Source: Octopus sinensis (taxonomy: Eukaryota). Taken from it: 64,000 nucleotides of DNA. The translations under genes were made by a program, and so were the position numbers. The notes beneath the pieces are model-generated. The model did not search any database, was not told where the DNA came from, and worked only from the letters and a program-made list of their open reading frames with translations. This document shows, one piece after another, positions 13,127 through 24,549 of this stretch. Where the stretch lies: the NCBI RefSeq assembly GCF_006345805.1, contig NC_042999.1:100378001-100442000 (forward strand). The letters are read 5' to 3'. The number at the start of each line of letters is the position of its first letter. Within the stretch, counting starts at the first letter, position 1.

Positions 13127-14860
13127 GTCTTTGCACAGCTTCTAACGCTGGAGATGTACTACGGTGTCAGCTGCTCACTACCAGTGAACTAATGTAACAC
13201 CCCTTATTTTTCGAGCACCACCTGGAGTATTCGATCGGTCCCAAGCATGTACTTCTCAAGATTTTTACTTACTGTTCCCAAGGCTCCGACAATTATTTGT
13301 ACTACTACTAGGTTTTTTCAGCGACCACAACTGCTTAACCTCCCAAGATAACTTGATATATATCTATCAAATTCTCTTTCTTCCTTATCGCATACCTTGT
13401 TGTCGGCTGGGCTTGCTATATCTATGATCCAGCATCGTTTGCTTTCTTTCTCAATTAACACAATGTCTGGTTTCCTATTCTCTGTCTCATGGTCGCACTG
13501 AGTCATAAAATCCCATAGGATCTTTGCATTATCATTTTCGATGATGCCTTCGGGTTTATGTTCGTACCACTTTTTTGCTCTGTCAAGTCCACACTTGTTG
13601 CAAAATGTCTAATGGACAATCCTTGCTATATTGTCATGACGTTTTTTATATCCTTTCTTGGCTAGTGGCGTATATTGACTGGTAATGTGCCATACAGTTT
13701 CATCATTTTGTCCACAAATTCTGCACTTATCATTTTCTGATGTGTTGCCTATTCTGTATTTGATGTAATTGGTTCTTAATGCTTGCTCTTGGGCATCACA
13801 GATTAGAGCTTCCGTTTCCGGTTTTAAATCACCTTTAGTTATCCATAATCATCTTTTTTTCTTCAACACCCCTATGGAATTGTCTATGCATTCTCTTCTT
13901 TATCCACCTATTTTCAGTTCATTCATTTTCAAGTGCTTATACAAGTGCTTTTTGCAATCTTCCATCCTACACAAGCCTGACCTCCTTACTTCCAACAACA
14001 GCGGTTCTGTGGCATTTTTTTTACATACCATGCTATACTGTTTTCTTCTAGTCTAATGCTGAGTTCGCATCCAATCAGTCCTCTTCCCTCTCTTTTTTGG
14101 TACATATCGTCTGTCTGTGTCACTTTTTGGATGGAGTATCCCACATCTAGTCAGCAATTTCCTTGTCTTTCTGTCTAAGCTGTCCATGCGATTATCCCTG
14201 CTCTATATCTAAGGAGTGAAACCGCCTAGGTATTGATAGCTTCAATCTTATTCCGTCCATTTAATTTCGACTTTAGGATCACTCTCAGTCTACACAAGTA
14301 TTCCACCTTAAATTTTTCTGTCATTTCTTCTTCCATCAATTTATCTACTCCAAATATCCCCGTCTCTTCTATCTGCTTCTTAACCTCCCTGACGGTATCG
14401 CTAGCCCATTCATACATTTGATTTTGCCTCTCTTCAAGACTAACACACCACACTTTTTCAGTCCAAACTCCATTCTGATATCAGCACTGAAAGTATACAC
14501 CGTATCAACGAGAGAACTGACTTGGGATTCATCTTTACCTTAAAGTTTGAGGTCATCCATGCTTTCCTCCGAATCAGTGTTAGTCGTATCAAGCAGAGTA
14601 CAAAGATTAGTGGAGACAGGCAGTCCCCTTGGAAGGTACCTCTCCTGATTTCTATTGTCCCTAAACTTCTTCTGTATGCTGTCAGTTCCGTCTTCCCAAG
14701 TAATCGCTCAACATTCGATGCAATATCAATAGGTCCATACATTCCATAATCCAAGAATGTGGGACAATATCGTGCGCCTTACGATAGTCGATCCATGACC
14801 TGGCTAAGTTATTTTTCTTCCTCTTACAGTCAAGAACGTACCGGTTCACCGTGATCCGTC
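13127..14860 (-). mobile_element. R4/Dong-like non-LTR retrotransposon relic (RT, CCHC knuckle, restriction-like endonuclease)
   Basis: The minus strand gives WIDYRKAHDIVPHSWI, IRRGTFQGDCLSPLIF, MDDLKL, LKSKLNGRNKIEAINT, REGRGL and RKPDIVLIEKESKRCWIIDIA. It has multiple stops, frameshifts and deletions. The 3' end matches the copy at 60276. Confidence 0.9.
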
Positions 14861-14899
14861 GAGAGTTTTAGCCATTCTGGAGCATGGGGTTATTGTAGA

Positions 14900-17345
14900 G
14901 GTGAAGTCCACCCCACAACTCAACAGGACTGGAATTCTTATGGAATTCCTGATACTAGTTTCTCCAGAGGAAATAAATCGTGTTCCCGACTTTCTCTGTT
15001 TCGGGGAATACGAACAGATGCCCGTTTATACAGAAGGGGAAAAAAACAAAGTGTTTTGTGTATGGGAAAACGAACCACCTCAAAGCCTTTTGTCCCGCAA
15101 TGGTGAAGGCACGAAGCTCTCCACCGTTACTACCACCTCCTCAACGTGTGAACAAAACTACTACCTCACATCTGCCTACTTTATCCGACTTGGGCCTCAC
15201 AAAAGCAAAGACTTCATTGACATCGCATCAAGAGGCCTTTGTCAAGGAGAAGAGAAAAACTGAATCTGAAGCAACAGAGACCGGCCAAAATTGAAGGCCC
15301 TAAGACATGACAGTTAAAAGTAAAATCTATCACAACACCAATTAAAAAAACAAATCAACACCAACATCAACATCCTCATCACAAGACAACCCATTTTACA
15401 AACACATTCATAGCCACAAAAATCACGAAAACAAAAAGAAACATCCGTAAAACAAAATGGCTAACAGTCATACTCTCGGGAACGTACTTCCTTCATCAAC
15501 TCCACCGTTGCTCAGAAGAACACCATTGAATTGATTGAAGAAGTAAGTAATTACTAACAAAAACATTGTAACAGGTGGAGAAGGTTTTGTAGAACTCCTT
15601 CCGAAAACTCCATCTGACAGGATGTTAATTCAAACAGATACGGATACGTATCTTGATTTGAAACAGAAATTCCACTAAGACATTGAAGGATTTAGTTAAG
15701 TACCCAAGACTTAGAAAAACATTGCCCAACTCCCACCTCGATTAAAAAGAAGACTGTGTCAATAGTCATCCCTTTGAAGACAAAAGTACGTAACTCTAGG
15801 TTCGGCTTGGAAGCAGGGTTATCTGCTAAACGATATCAGGTCCTTTAATTTAGATGTGACAGCAATTAGTGAGACGAGAATTTCCGGAAAACATGCTCTA
15901 GCATCCATTTTTCGAAGACTGCGTGGTATTATCATCTTGTGGTTTGTCGGGGGCGGGCGGCTGTATAGTAGTGTTATTCCGAAAATCCTTAGGTCTCAAA
16001 GTAAGAGCAGACTTCACGGACCCGGTCGGTAGGTTGGTGGTACTAGATGTGAATGGCAGTGATGATGGTACCTTTAGACTGGTGGCCATGTATGACCCGA
16101 CAAGGGCTGGAAGGTCAGATTTCTTCAGGCGTCTAGAAATATTCCTGGAAACGTCTCGTATTTCAGTACTAGCTGGGGACTAGTTGGACCTTCGGAAGGA
16201 CTGTGTGAGTCTTGTATATAGAAGAAGTGAGTGTAAAGGCCTCGAAAACCTACTCAGAAACGTCCAGCTGCCTGATTGGTATTGAATTTTCCTGATGTGC
16301 CACTTTGGGCATGGAGCAACCACAATGGATCATCTAGATTGTATCTAGATAGAGAGTATTTGTTAGGCCAGCGGATAAGTATATCATAGGGTGTCTACAA
16401 TTCAAATTAATCGGCTACACAGACCACAAATTTGTGATCTACACAGTCGATTTAGATAGAACTTGTAGACAGGGATTCGATTACTGGAAGTTGGACGCGT
16501 CCTTTCCGGCACGCAAACACTACAGGGACCAGATTAATGAACTAGTTAAGCAGCAGTTGACGGGGGTAATTGTCAACAATCGGTGGTGTATAGCCCTCGA
16601 GCGAGCAATTAGAGCAGAATCGATAGCGTTTAGCAAATAGTTAGCAATAAAAAGAAAGAAATCAGAGGGAGAACTAAACTAGCAAACTGGAAGAGGCGAT
16701 TAGTAAAAGCATTGCAACTGACGTGTTAGCAGCGAGAATGGCTCTTGACCATTTCCTGGAGGCGAAACACGAAGGATGCGTTGTCAGAGCTAAGGTCTGT
16801 GCGCTAAAACATGAGGAAACTAAAGTCGTCTGATGAGCCCGAACGGTAAATATGCGACGTGGCAAGAAAACTACGATGTGCTGTCAGACGGGCTTGTCCA
16901 AGGTGTACGCAGGGCGATGAAACCGGTCTGCGTGCACTCGATCAGTGTCCGGGAATAGCTGATCTATGGAATTATGTCGAACAGCTGTTATTGCGCGCGG
17001 GACGGATCCGTCTGTCATCCAAGCCCATAGTGTTGATAGCCCCGCCGCCCTCCCTTAATCGTGCTGGCAAGGCAATTTTCCTTTGCTAGGTTGTTGTGGC
17101 GAAAGAGGTTGTCTGGTGGACGAGGCTGAACGGAATGAGGACAGAGACATCCCTTTTTGGTAAAGCTCTCATCGACTGTTTTAAGCCTCACTTGAAAAGT
17201 AAGAGTAAATAGGGAGATGCTGTCCTCGAGTGAATTTATCAAAAAGTGGGTTCAAGTTAAGAAAATGGCGAAAGGAGATGGTAACACTTTCAGTGTAGAC
17301 TTGTGATTCGGTGGAAAAATACACAGAGAGAGAAAATAAAAAAAG
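14900..17345 (+). mobile_element. L1/Tx1-clade LINE relic: ORF1 zinc knuckle, APE endonuclease, zf-RVT; RT core deleted
   Basis: ORF1 contains KCFVYGKTNHLKAFCP. ORF2 contains DVTAISETR, GRLVVLD, RLVAMYDP, VLAGD, TDHKFV, YWKLD and GCVVRAK, then joins near 16880 directly to CPRCTQGDET...DQCP...LW with no RT motifs in between. Confidence 0.8.
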
Positions 17346-17463
17346 ATTTAGTGGCTGTAAAAATTTATTATTAATTAAATTAATATCTATTTAAACCAGT
17401 GGCCTAGCATATTGAAAATAATCTGAAGATTCAGAAAATTATATTACATACATATAAGAGGAA

Positions 17464-17513
17464 TGACCACTAGGTGGATTCCTTTAGCATATTAGGAATC
17501 CACCTAGTGGTCA
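17464..17513. repeat. Perfect 20-bp inverted repeat with 10-nt loop
   Basis: TGACCACTAGGTGGATTCCT (17464-17483) / AGGAATCCACCTAGTGGTCA (17494-17513). Confidence 0.95.
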
Positions 17514-17517
17514 ATAA

Positions 17518-17587
<70 letters not shown>

Positions 17588-17982
17588 TATATATAAGGTA
17601 AAAGATAAATGTGTGAGTGTGCGTGTGTGTGCATATATATAGAGAAAGAAGGGGATGGGAGATGAGATAGAGGAGGGAAGAAAGATAGATAAAGATAGAG
17701 ATATACGCTTGCGCGCGCGTGTGTGTGTGTGTGTTAGAATGTGTTTATTTGCGGAAATTGAAAGCATAATTCATAATAAAGAACTCAATACTAATTAATA
17801 TGATTATAATAAGTTTATTTATTTTCTATTGGCAATGGATTACATTTATTTCTCTCAACGTGCAAAATTGTATGAGCCAACAACGAAGCCTTTACTTACT
17901 AGAAATAATAAGCAAATCTCCCTAACATAACACCACACTGTTCTTCAAAGATGATAAACACAATGGATAATGTAACTTTAGA

Positions 17983-18011
17983 AAGATTTCTTTATTAGCC
18001 ACACGGGGCTC
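17983..18011 (-). mobile_element. 29-bp extremely 5'-truncated retro-insertion (RTE-type 3' end) with 14-bp TSD
   Basis: AATGTAACTTTAGA at 17969-17982 and 18012-18025 flanks AAGATTTCTTTATTAGCCACACGGGGCTC. Its reverse complement resembles the GCCCCTTGTGGGTAGTAAAGAAA 3' end seen at 19693-19720 and ~59935. Confidence 0.7.
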
Positions 18012-18334
18012 AATGTAACTTTAGATTAAAAAAAGACGTCGGTAACACATCTGGATCCCTTCTGGTCATACATCTGTTTAATAAAAGCGTACCTAGGCAG
18101 TATATAAGAACTGAGAAACTCTTCCTTAACATGCAACATATTACCATAATGTCTTGGGTTAAATAGAATCATCAAGGTGAATCACTCTGTACATGTTATT
18201 GACGGCTATTTGTACAGTTTCATATGCGAGGTAACGGCAATTTTATTTATTCACTCGGAAACTTTATAAATTTGTGTTCAAGCTATATTCTGTGTATCAT
18301 TTAATTATATTTGTTCTCATTAAAGCATATTACA

Positions 18335-18496
18335 TAGCCACTACACATTCTTTATTTTCTCTCCTTGTTTCTTTCAGCGTTCCTTTCTGTGGAAAAGCGT
18401 AGACTCGAAACATTAAAGACTTTTTCACTTCCTGAGCGTTAAACTTATACATCTGTTAGTTGTCTACACCACCTGTCTTCGTCTTTTGTTTTTTTA

Positions 18497-18505
<9 letters not shown>
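18335..18505 (+). mobile_element. Short non-coding repeat with degenerate minimal hammerhead motif (same family as 49355-49830)
   Basis: CTTT-CTGTGGA-A-AAGC GTAG ACTC-GAAA-CATT-AAAG at 18383-18418. The flanks are homologous to the two minus-strand copies at 49.4-49.8 kb. It abuts (CT)n/(TA)n. Confidence 0.7.
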
Positions 18506-18557
<52 letters not shown>

Positions 18558-18608
18558 ATATATATATATATATATTATATATATATATACATACATATAT
18601 ATATATGC

Positions 18609-18672
<64 letters not shown>

Positions 18673-18949
18673 ACATTTATATACATACATATATTATATA
18701 TAATAATAAAGGATAAAATCTTTTAAAAAAATTTTCAGTGGCCAGCATATAAAAATAGACCTATTAAGATGAAATCATATTTATAATTATTATTAAGGGC
18801 ATAAAAAAATATCTAGCTTATATGCTGAAAAGCGACGCTAAATCGTCCAACCACTTTAAAACAGTTTTACTTTCTCTTTTTCCTTTTTTCTATTAAGTAT
18901 GGTGCTGTGTATAGAGAGTGCTGCAACTTTAGTCTACACATTTTTAATT

Positions 18950-20123
18950 TACCCATCCCGAAATAGCAAGGTTCATATTATCGATCAAAAAACAAAAGAA
19001 AAGTAGTTGATGAAAATAATTACATCTACGATTTTCATTCAACCCATACAAAACTAGGAAAAGAATACTGGAGATGTGAAAAAAGAAGGCTATGCTCAGT
19101 GCGAATTCACACGGTAACGGAAAACAATGAACCGAAAATTATTTATTTTTCTAGTGAGCACCTTCATCCAGATGGTGTAGAAAATCAGTTGCAAAAATAA
19201 AGCATGAAGCGGTAGAAAACATAACAGCAAGTTCGCGTAACATAATAACTGTGAAGTTTACTCTGCTAGCAGAAAATACTTGCGCTCAACTTTATTTGCT
19301 TGTACTTTCAAGAACTATTCAAAGGTGCCGACAAAAAAAAACTGGATTTACCGCTAATCTAAGGGCTAGAACTGGTTTTGAAATATCTGAAGAATATTGT
19401 TAACTTGATAATGGCGAACATTTTCTGCGATACGATACGGGTATCGAGGATCAACAGCGCATACTAGTATTTGCATCAGAAAGTGCTCTTCAGGACATAG
19501 CATCATATCGTCATTGGGCATGTGATGGAACGTTCAAAATTGCGCCAGAACAGTGGTTTCAATTGTTTAGCATTCATGTACAAGTTAAAGGTGGCAGTTT
19601 TCCGCGGGTCTTTGCATTACTGCCGAATACAACAAAGCTGACATACGAATTATTTTTCGACCAATTGAAAATCATGCAACCTAATCCATACCTATTTCTT
19701 TACTACCCACAAGGGGCTAAACACAGAGGAGACAAACAAGGACAGACAAACGGATTAAGTCGATTATATCGACCCCAGTGCGTAACTGGTACTTATTTAA
19801 TCGACCCCAAAAGGATGAAAAGCAAAATTGACCGCGGCGGAATTTGAACTCAGAACGTAGCGGCAGACGAAATACCGCTAAGCATTTCGCCCCCAGTGTT
19901 AAATTTCTGCCATCTCGACGCCTTACAACCTAATCCATACCGCTTGATCTTATGGCAGATTTCGAAGATGCAGTACATAAGGCATTTAATTCATCATTCC
20001 CTAATTCATCTATGGTGGCGCGTTTGTTTCATCTGAGCCAATCGATATTTCTAAAAATCACAGATTTATGCCTCAAAGAAAAATACAATAAAGACTTTGA
20101 ATTCTGTTCTATATTTAAGAGAT
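18950..20123 (+). mobile_element. MULE (Mutator-like) transposase relic with FLYWCH domain
   Basis: YWRCEKRRLCSVRIHT...SEHLHP is FLYWCH-like. It continues HWACDGTFKIAPEQWFQLFSIH...FALLPN, then after the SINE insertion MADFEDAVHKAFNSSFP...LFHLSQSIF. It has stops and a frameshift. Confidence 0.85.
19693..19925 (-). mobile_element. SINE family B with RTE-type tail, inserted into the MULE
   Basis: A perfect 16-bp TSD CAACCTAATCCATACC lies at 19677-19692 and 19926-19941. The family B body is followed by the TGTCCTTGTTTGTC...AGCCCCTTGTGGGTAGTAAAGAAAT tail. Confidence 0.92.
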
Positions 20124-20128
20124 GAGGA

Positions 20129-20275
20129 ATTATGTACATTATTTACATTTGACGAATATTTATCCTCATTTTGTTTATTGTTAACACAACGTTTCGGCTA
20201 ATATACCCTCTAGCCTTCAACAGGTGCCTTGGGGAAATTTCGAACCTGGGTTCTCATTCCTGACGTATTTTTCGA

Positions 20276-20314
<39 letters not shown>

Positions 20315-20483
20315 TATTATTCAGGTCACTGCTTGGAATCGAACTCGGAATCTTGGGGTTAGTAGCCTACGCTCTTAACCACTACGCCATTTGCCGTGGG
20401 CGTAGTGGTTAAGAGCGTGGGCTCTATCCCCAAGATTCCGAGTTCGATTCCAAGCAGTGACCAGAATAATAATAATAATAATA

Positions 20484-20524
<41 letters not shown>

Positions 20525-20615
20525 GTTCGAAATTTCCCCAAGACGCCTGATGGAGTGTGTTAACACCAAACAAGATGAGGACAAATATCCGTCAAATGTA
20601 AATAATGTATATAAT
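20129..20615. mobile_element. Palindromic element: two divergent tRNA-like heads, (AAT)n linkers and hammerhead-bearing outer arms
   Basis: The arms are reverse complements around a centre at 20389-20398. Heads at 20399-20463 (+) and ~20325-20388 (-) carry GGCGTAGTGGTTAAG and GAGTTCGATTCC. A hammerhead-like motif lies on the minus strand at 20184-20227. Confidence 0.85.
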
Positions 20616-20619
20616 GTAC

Positions 20620-21367
20620 TACTACATCATGTATGAAAAATGACATCGCTTAAATGACAGCCATTTTCGACTTCGCACACCCGTACTCTTTCCAAAACTT
20701 GCACCATAACACCATCAAGATTTTCAGACCCTACTCTGATTTCTCTATAGGTGTTCTTCAGTTGCACCAGGGTCTCCGGTTTGTTGACGTAAACCCTCTC
20801 TTTCAGGTATCCCCAGAAGAAAAAATCCGGGATAGTCAAGCCTGGGAAACGTGAAGGCCAGTTGACATTGCCGTAGCAGGTGATTATTCTCTCTCCAAAG
20901 CACTGCCATAGCAATTGCATTGTTTCTCTTGTGAAATGAACAGTTTCCCCATCTTGCTGGAACCATGTCTGAGGTCTACTTTGAATGGCCTTCATGTTCC
21001 CCAGTCTTGACTATCCCGGATTTTTTCTTCTGGGGATACCTGAAAGAGAGGGTTTATGTCAACAAACTGGAGACCCTGGTACAACTGAAGGAAAACATCA
21101 ATAAAGAAATCAGAGAAGTGAGGTCTGAAACTCTTGAGAATGTTTTGGTGCAAGTTTTGGAAAGAGCACGGGCGTGCGAAGCCGATAATGACTGCCATTT
21201 AAGTAATGTCATTTTTTATATATATTGTAAAGGTGTTGCTAAATTTGAATTGTGCATATTAATTTCCATTATGTTCTTTGTATTGTATCAAACTTTCGTG
21301 TAATTATTTGTAAAGTTAAGGAAGTTATCAGAAATTGAAACCCATCAGTGGCTTTTGGGACACCTTG
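20620..21367. mobile_element. Tc1/mariner-superfamily transposase 3' ends arranged as a fold-back (minus copy 20627-20977, plus copy 20978-21367)
   Basis: The minus copy reads WFQQDG...WPSRFPGLTIPDFFFWGYLKERVY and the plus copy reads WPSCSPVLTIPDFFFWGYLKERVY. The right end GGGACACCTTG is followed by TA (21368-21369). Confidence 0.85.
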
Positions 21368-21820
21368 TATATAGCGCACGTGCATGTGTGTGTGTTTGTG
21401 TGTGCGCGCGCGCGCGTGAGGGTATGTATCCACTGGTGTTATGTATACGCGTTTTATAATTGCTGTAGCGCATATGCTTTGAGTGCATGTCCCTGGTTAT
21501 GTCTCATTGCATACTTTAGTGTGCTTATATGCTTAATGGTCTTTGTTGATTCCGAGTCAGTGAATATCTTTGTATACATGTATATCGCCATATATACATA
21601 TTCTTCAAATGACAGTTAATTAGGTCAACCGAAAATTGTTTTAGAATCCAGCAATACCAATCATTATCGTCTCTATACAATAAGCTGTCGTACAGATATA
21701 GTTTATTTTGAAATGTTACTATATACAAAAGCAAAAATGGTGTATATTTGAAAGAAATTTTGAAATATAAAATGCACATTTACACACACACATACACAAA
21801 TACACACAAACACACACACA

Positions 21821-21868
<48 letters not shown>

Positions 21869-22424
21869 CTCACATAAACGTTTCCATACGCACAAGCGCT
21901 TAAAAATTGTTGTAAAATGTTGTTCCTCGTATTTAAGCGAGCCGGCGGAATCGTTGGCGTTATGTCCGTAAAAACGGACAAAATGCCACTAAGTTCTGAA
22001 TTCAAATCCCGCCAAGTTGACCAAATTACATACGGCTGTCTTGAAAACAAAAAAATGATGCATTTGATAGTGTAGTCCTACAAATAGCGTATCTGAACAA
22101 GAAAGGATCATCACAGCAGAAACACTTGTTGTCTTAGGTAATGACTGACCTGAGGTAAAGCACTTAGAGACACATAAGTGCACATAAAACTGGCAGTTAA
22201 CATCCAAACATTCAATTACGTTTTGACATATTTAGTTGATTTTGGTTTTAAATCAACAAATGCATCTAGGTGTATTTTCTTACCAGGTAAGTTCATTCAG
22301 ATTGGTGATATTTTGCTTGGAAATGATAAAATCAACGTACTATGTTACAGAGTTATTCTACGATGACGAAAATCTTAAATTTGGGTTAAATTTTCTAATA
22401 AGATAAGTATAAGCCAAGACTACG

Positions 22425-22665
22425 ACCTGGCAGAATCGTTAGCACACCGGCGAAGTGCTTAGCAGCATTTCGTTCGTCTTTATGTTCTGAGTACAAATTC
22501 TGGCGTGGTCGACTTTACGTTTGACCCTTTCGGGTTCGATAAAATAGGTAACACTGAGATCAATAAAATATCGGATTCGATAAAATAGGATCACTGAGAT
22601 CGATGTAATCGACTTACTCCCTCCCCCAAACTTACTGGCTTTGTGCCAAAGTTTTTAACCAATAT
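22425..22665 (+). mobile_element. SINE family B copy with small internal duplication
   Basis: CTGGCAGAATCGTTAGCAC...GTTCTGAGTACAAATT...; the segment GATAAAATAGG...CACTGAGATC is repeated twice. Confidence 0.75.
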
Positions 22666-22841
22666 AGGTATAAACTATGAACAATACCGATGAAATATAA
22701 GAATACTGAAACGTGCATCTGCAGATGATGGGAATTTAAAAAAAAAACTATATCATTCTTAATTTTAACTATCTTTTATTATTCTACCACGTACAAAATC
22801 TTAACTTTGGTTTAAATGCTCTAATAATACATAGGCTACAC

Positions 22842-22915
22842 TAGTGGTTCCCAACCTTTTACTTAAATGAGTTTTCCCTCGGACCCCTTTTGCTATGCTT
22901 ATCCTTATGTATGTT

Positions 22916-22946
<31 letters not shown>

Positions 22947-23012
22947 GAAATTTTGAATTTAGTTCACGGACCCCCAGTATTGCCTTTGCGGACCCCAAGT
23001 TAGGAACCACTG
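22842..23012. mobile_element. hAT (Buster/Charlie-type) MITE
   Basis: TIRs are TAGTGGTTCCCAAC / GTTAGGAACCACTG. The 8-bp TSD GGCTACAC (22834-22841) / AGCTACAC (23013-23020) has a central TA. Confidence 0.88.
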
Positions 23013-23099
23013 AGCTACACTAATAAGATATAAATATATTGAAACGTGTATTTTCAGATGATGGTGATAAAAGAAAAAAGAACAATATATACACTATAG

Positions 23100-23300
23100 A
23101 AGGCGGTTAACTGGCAAAATCGTTGCCATGCCGGGAAAAATGCTTAGCGACATTTCTTCCGGCATTACGTTCTGAGTTCAAATGCCGCAGGCGTCGACTT
23201 TGCTTTGCAATCTTTTGGAGTCGATAAAATAAGTACCAGTTAAACACCGGGGTTGATGAAACCGACTTAACCCCTTCCCCCAAATTGATAGCCCTGTGCC
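23100..23300 (+). mobile_element. SINE family B copy
   Basis: AAGGCGGTTAACTGGCAAAATCGTT...GTTCTGAGTTCAAATGCCGC...TAAGTACCAGTT. Confidence 0.8.
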
Positions 23301-23894
23301 AGTTGCAGTGCAGATTATTACACATCACAGGAGGGGGAAAATCAATAGATATATTTTTCAGTGACACAATGCAGTATATTAAACTTTAGCAAGGTTCGAA
23401 CTTTCACCCAAACTTTGCATTGAAACAATAATTACTTCATCCTATTCTTATCCCTTAAAAAGAGGGAAAACCGTACGATTCTACTCGCTGAATGGTAGTA
23501 TGAAAAGAGAAATTATTGATTGAAATATGAACGGTACAAAAACAATATTTTTTTTATCATTCATATATCACATAAATTTCTTTTTCCCATTGTTTTCCAT
23601 GAAGTAGTAATAATCATTAAACTCAAGTGTGCTGCAGAAGTTTTCCATCATTAGTTTTATCTTTCAAGTGTCAGGCATAATCTGCGTGCATGTACGTTCC
23701 ATCGAGACGAACGAATTACGTATTGCCGGTATGTTTTTGTTTCTGAATCAAAGTCTATGATTACATTAGGCATGAGCTGGACAATCTCTCACTATAGCGA
23801 TTCAATGTAAAGCATAAAGAGAAAATTCAACTCAAGTTAAAGCTCACCATTTTGAATGAACTTTTCTCATGAAAAACGTTTTGATAGATATATA

Positions 23895-23935
<41 letters not shown>

Positions 23936-24217
23936 TATTTGTTATTTATGTATTGCTTTATGTTTATCACTGTTTGAGTTGCATAATAGTGGTCTTATCT
24001 AATTCATATTTCATATATTTATACTGTGAAATTTGATTAAATACTAAATTGAATTTTTCCCTGTAAGTTTGGAGTTTTACTCCCTAATATTATATATATA
24101 TATAATTGTGTCAAGGACCTATAATCCTTTAAGAGATGCTAGCATCCTAGTTCTCCGGTTTATACCAGTGTTCCGTGAAAACAAAATATATTGGTTTTGC
24201 ATTGATATATATATAAA

Positions 24218-24442
24218 AGCTCTACCTGCGACGATTTCATCTCAATCGAAGGAGAGGAGCTTTCTCCGTCCGGGTTGCGGATCCGTGGAACAAGCTGCCA
24301 GACGAGATGGTGAAGATGCCAACGACCGCTTTGTTCAAAGCCTCCCTTGACCTCAAGTGGCCTGAACTCTTTACATGAACACCACCCTGTACTTAACTCC
24401 ATGTCCCCCTACATGGCCTTGCTATTTGCTTTTGAGGCAAAT

Positions 24443-24474
<32 letters not shown>
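24218..24474 (+). mobile_element. CR1-clade LINE 3' end
   Basis: FSVRVADPWNKLPDEMVKMPTTALFKASLDLKWPELFT* matches the CR1 C-terminal motif. A short 3' UTR and (TAAC)n tail follow. Confidence 0.88.
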
Positions 24475-24506
<32 letters not shown>

Positions 24507-24549
24507 TATATATATATAATATATATATATATATATAGGTATTTAAAAT

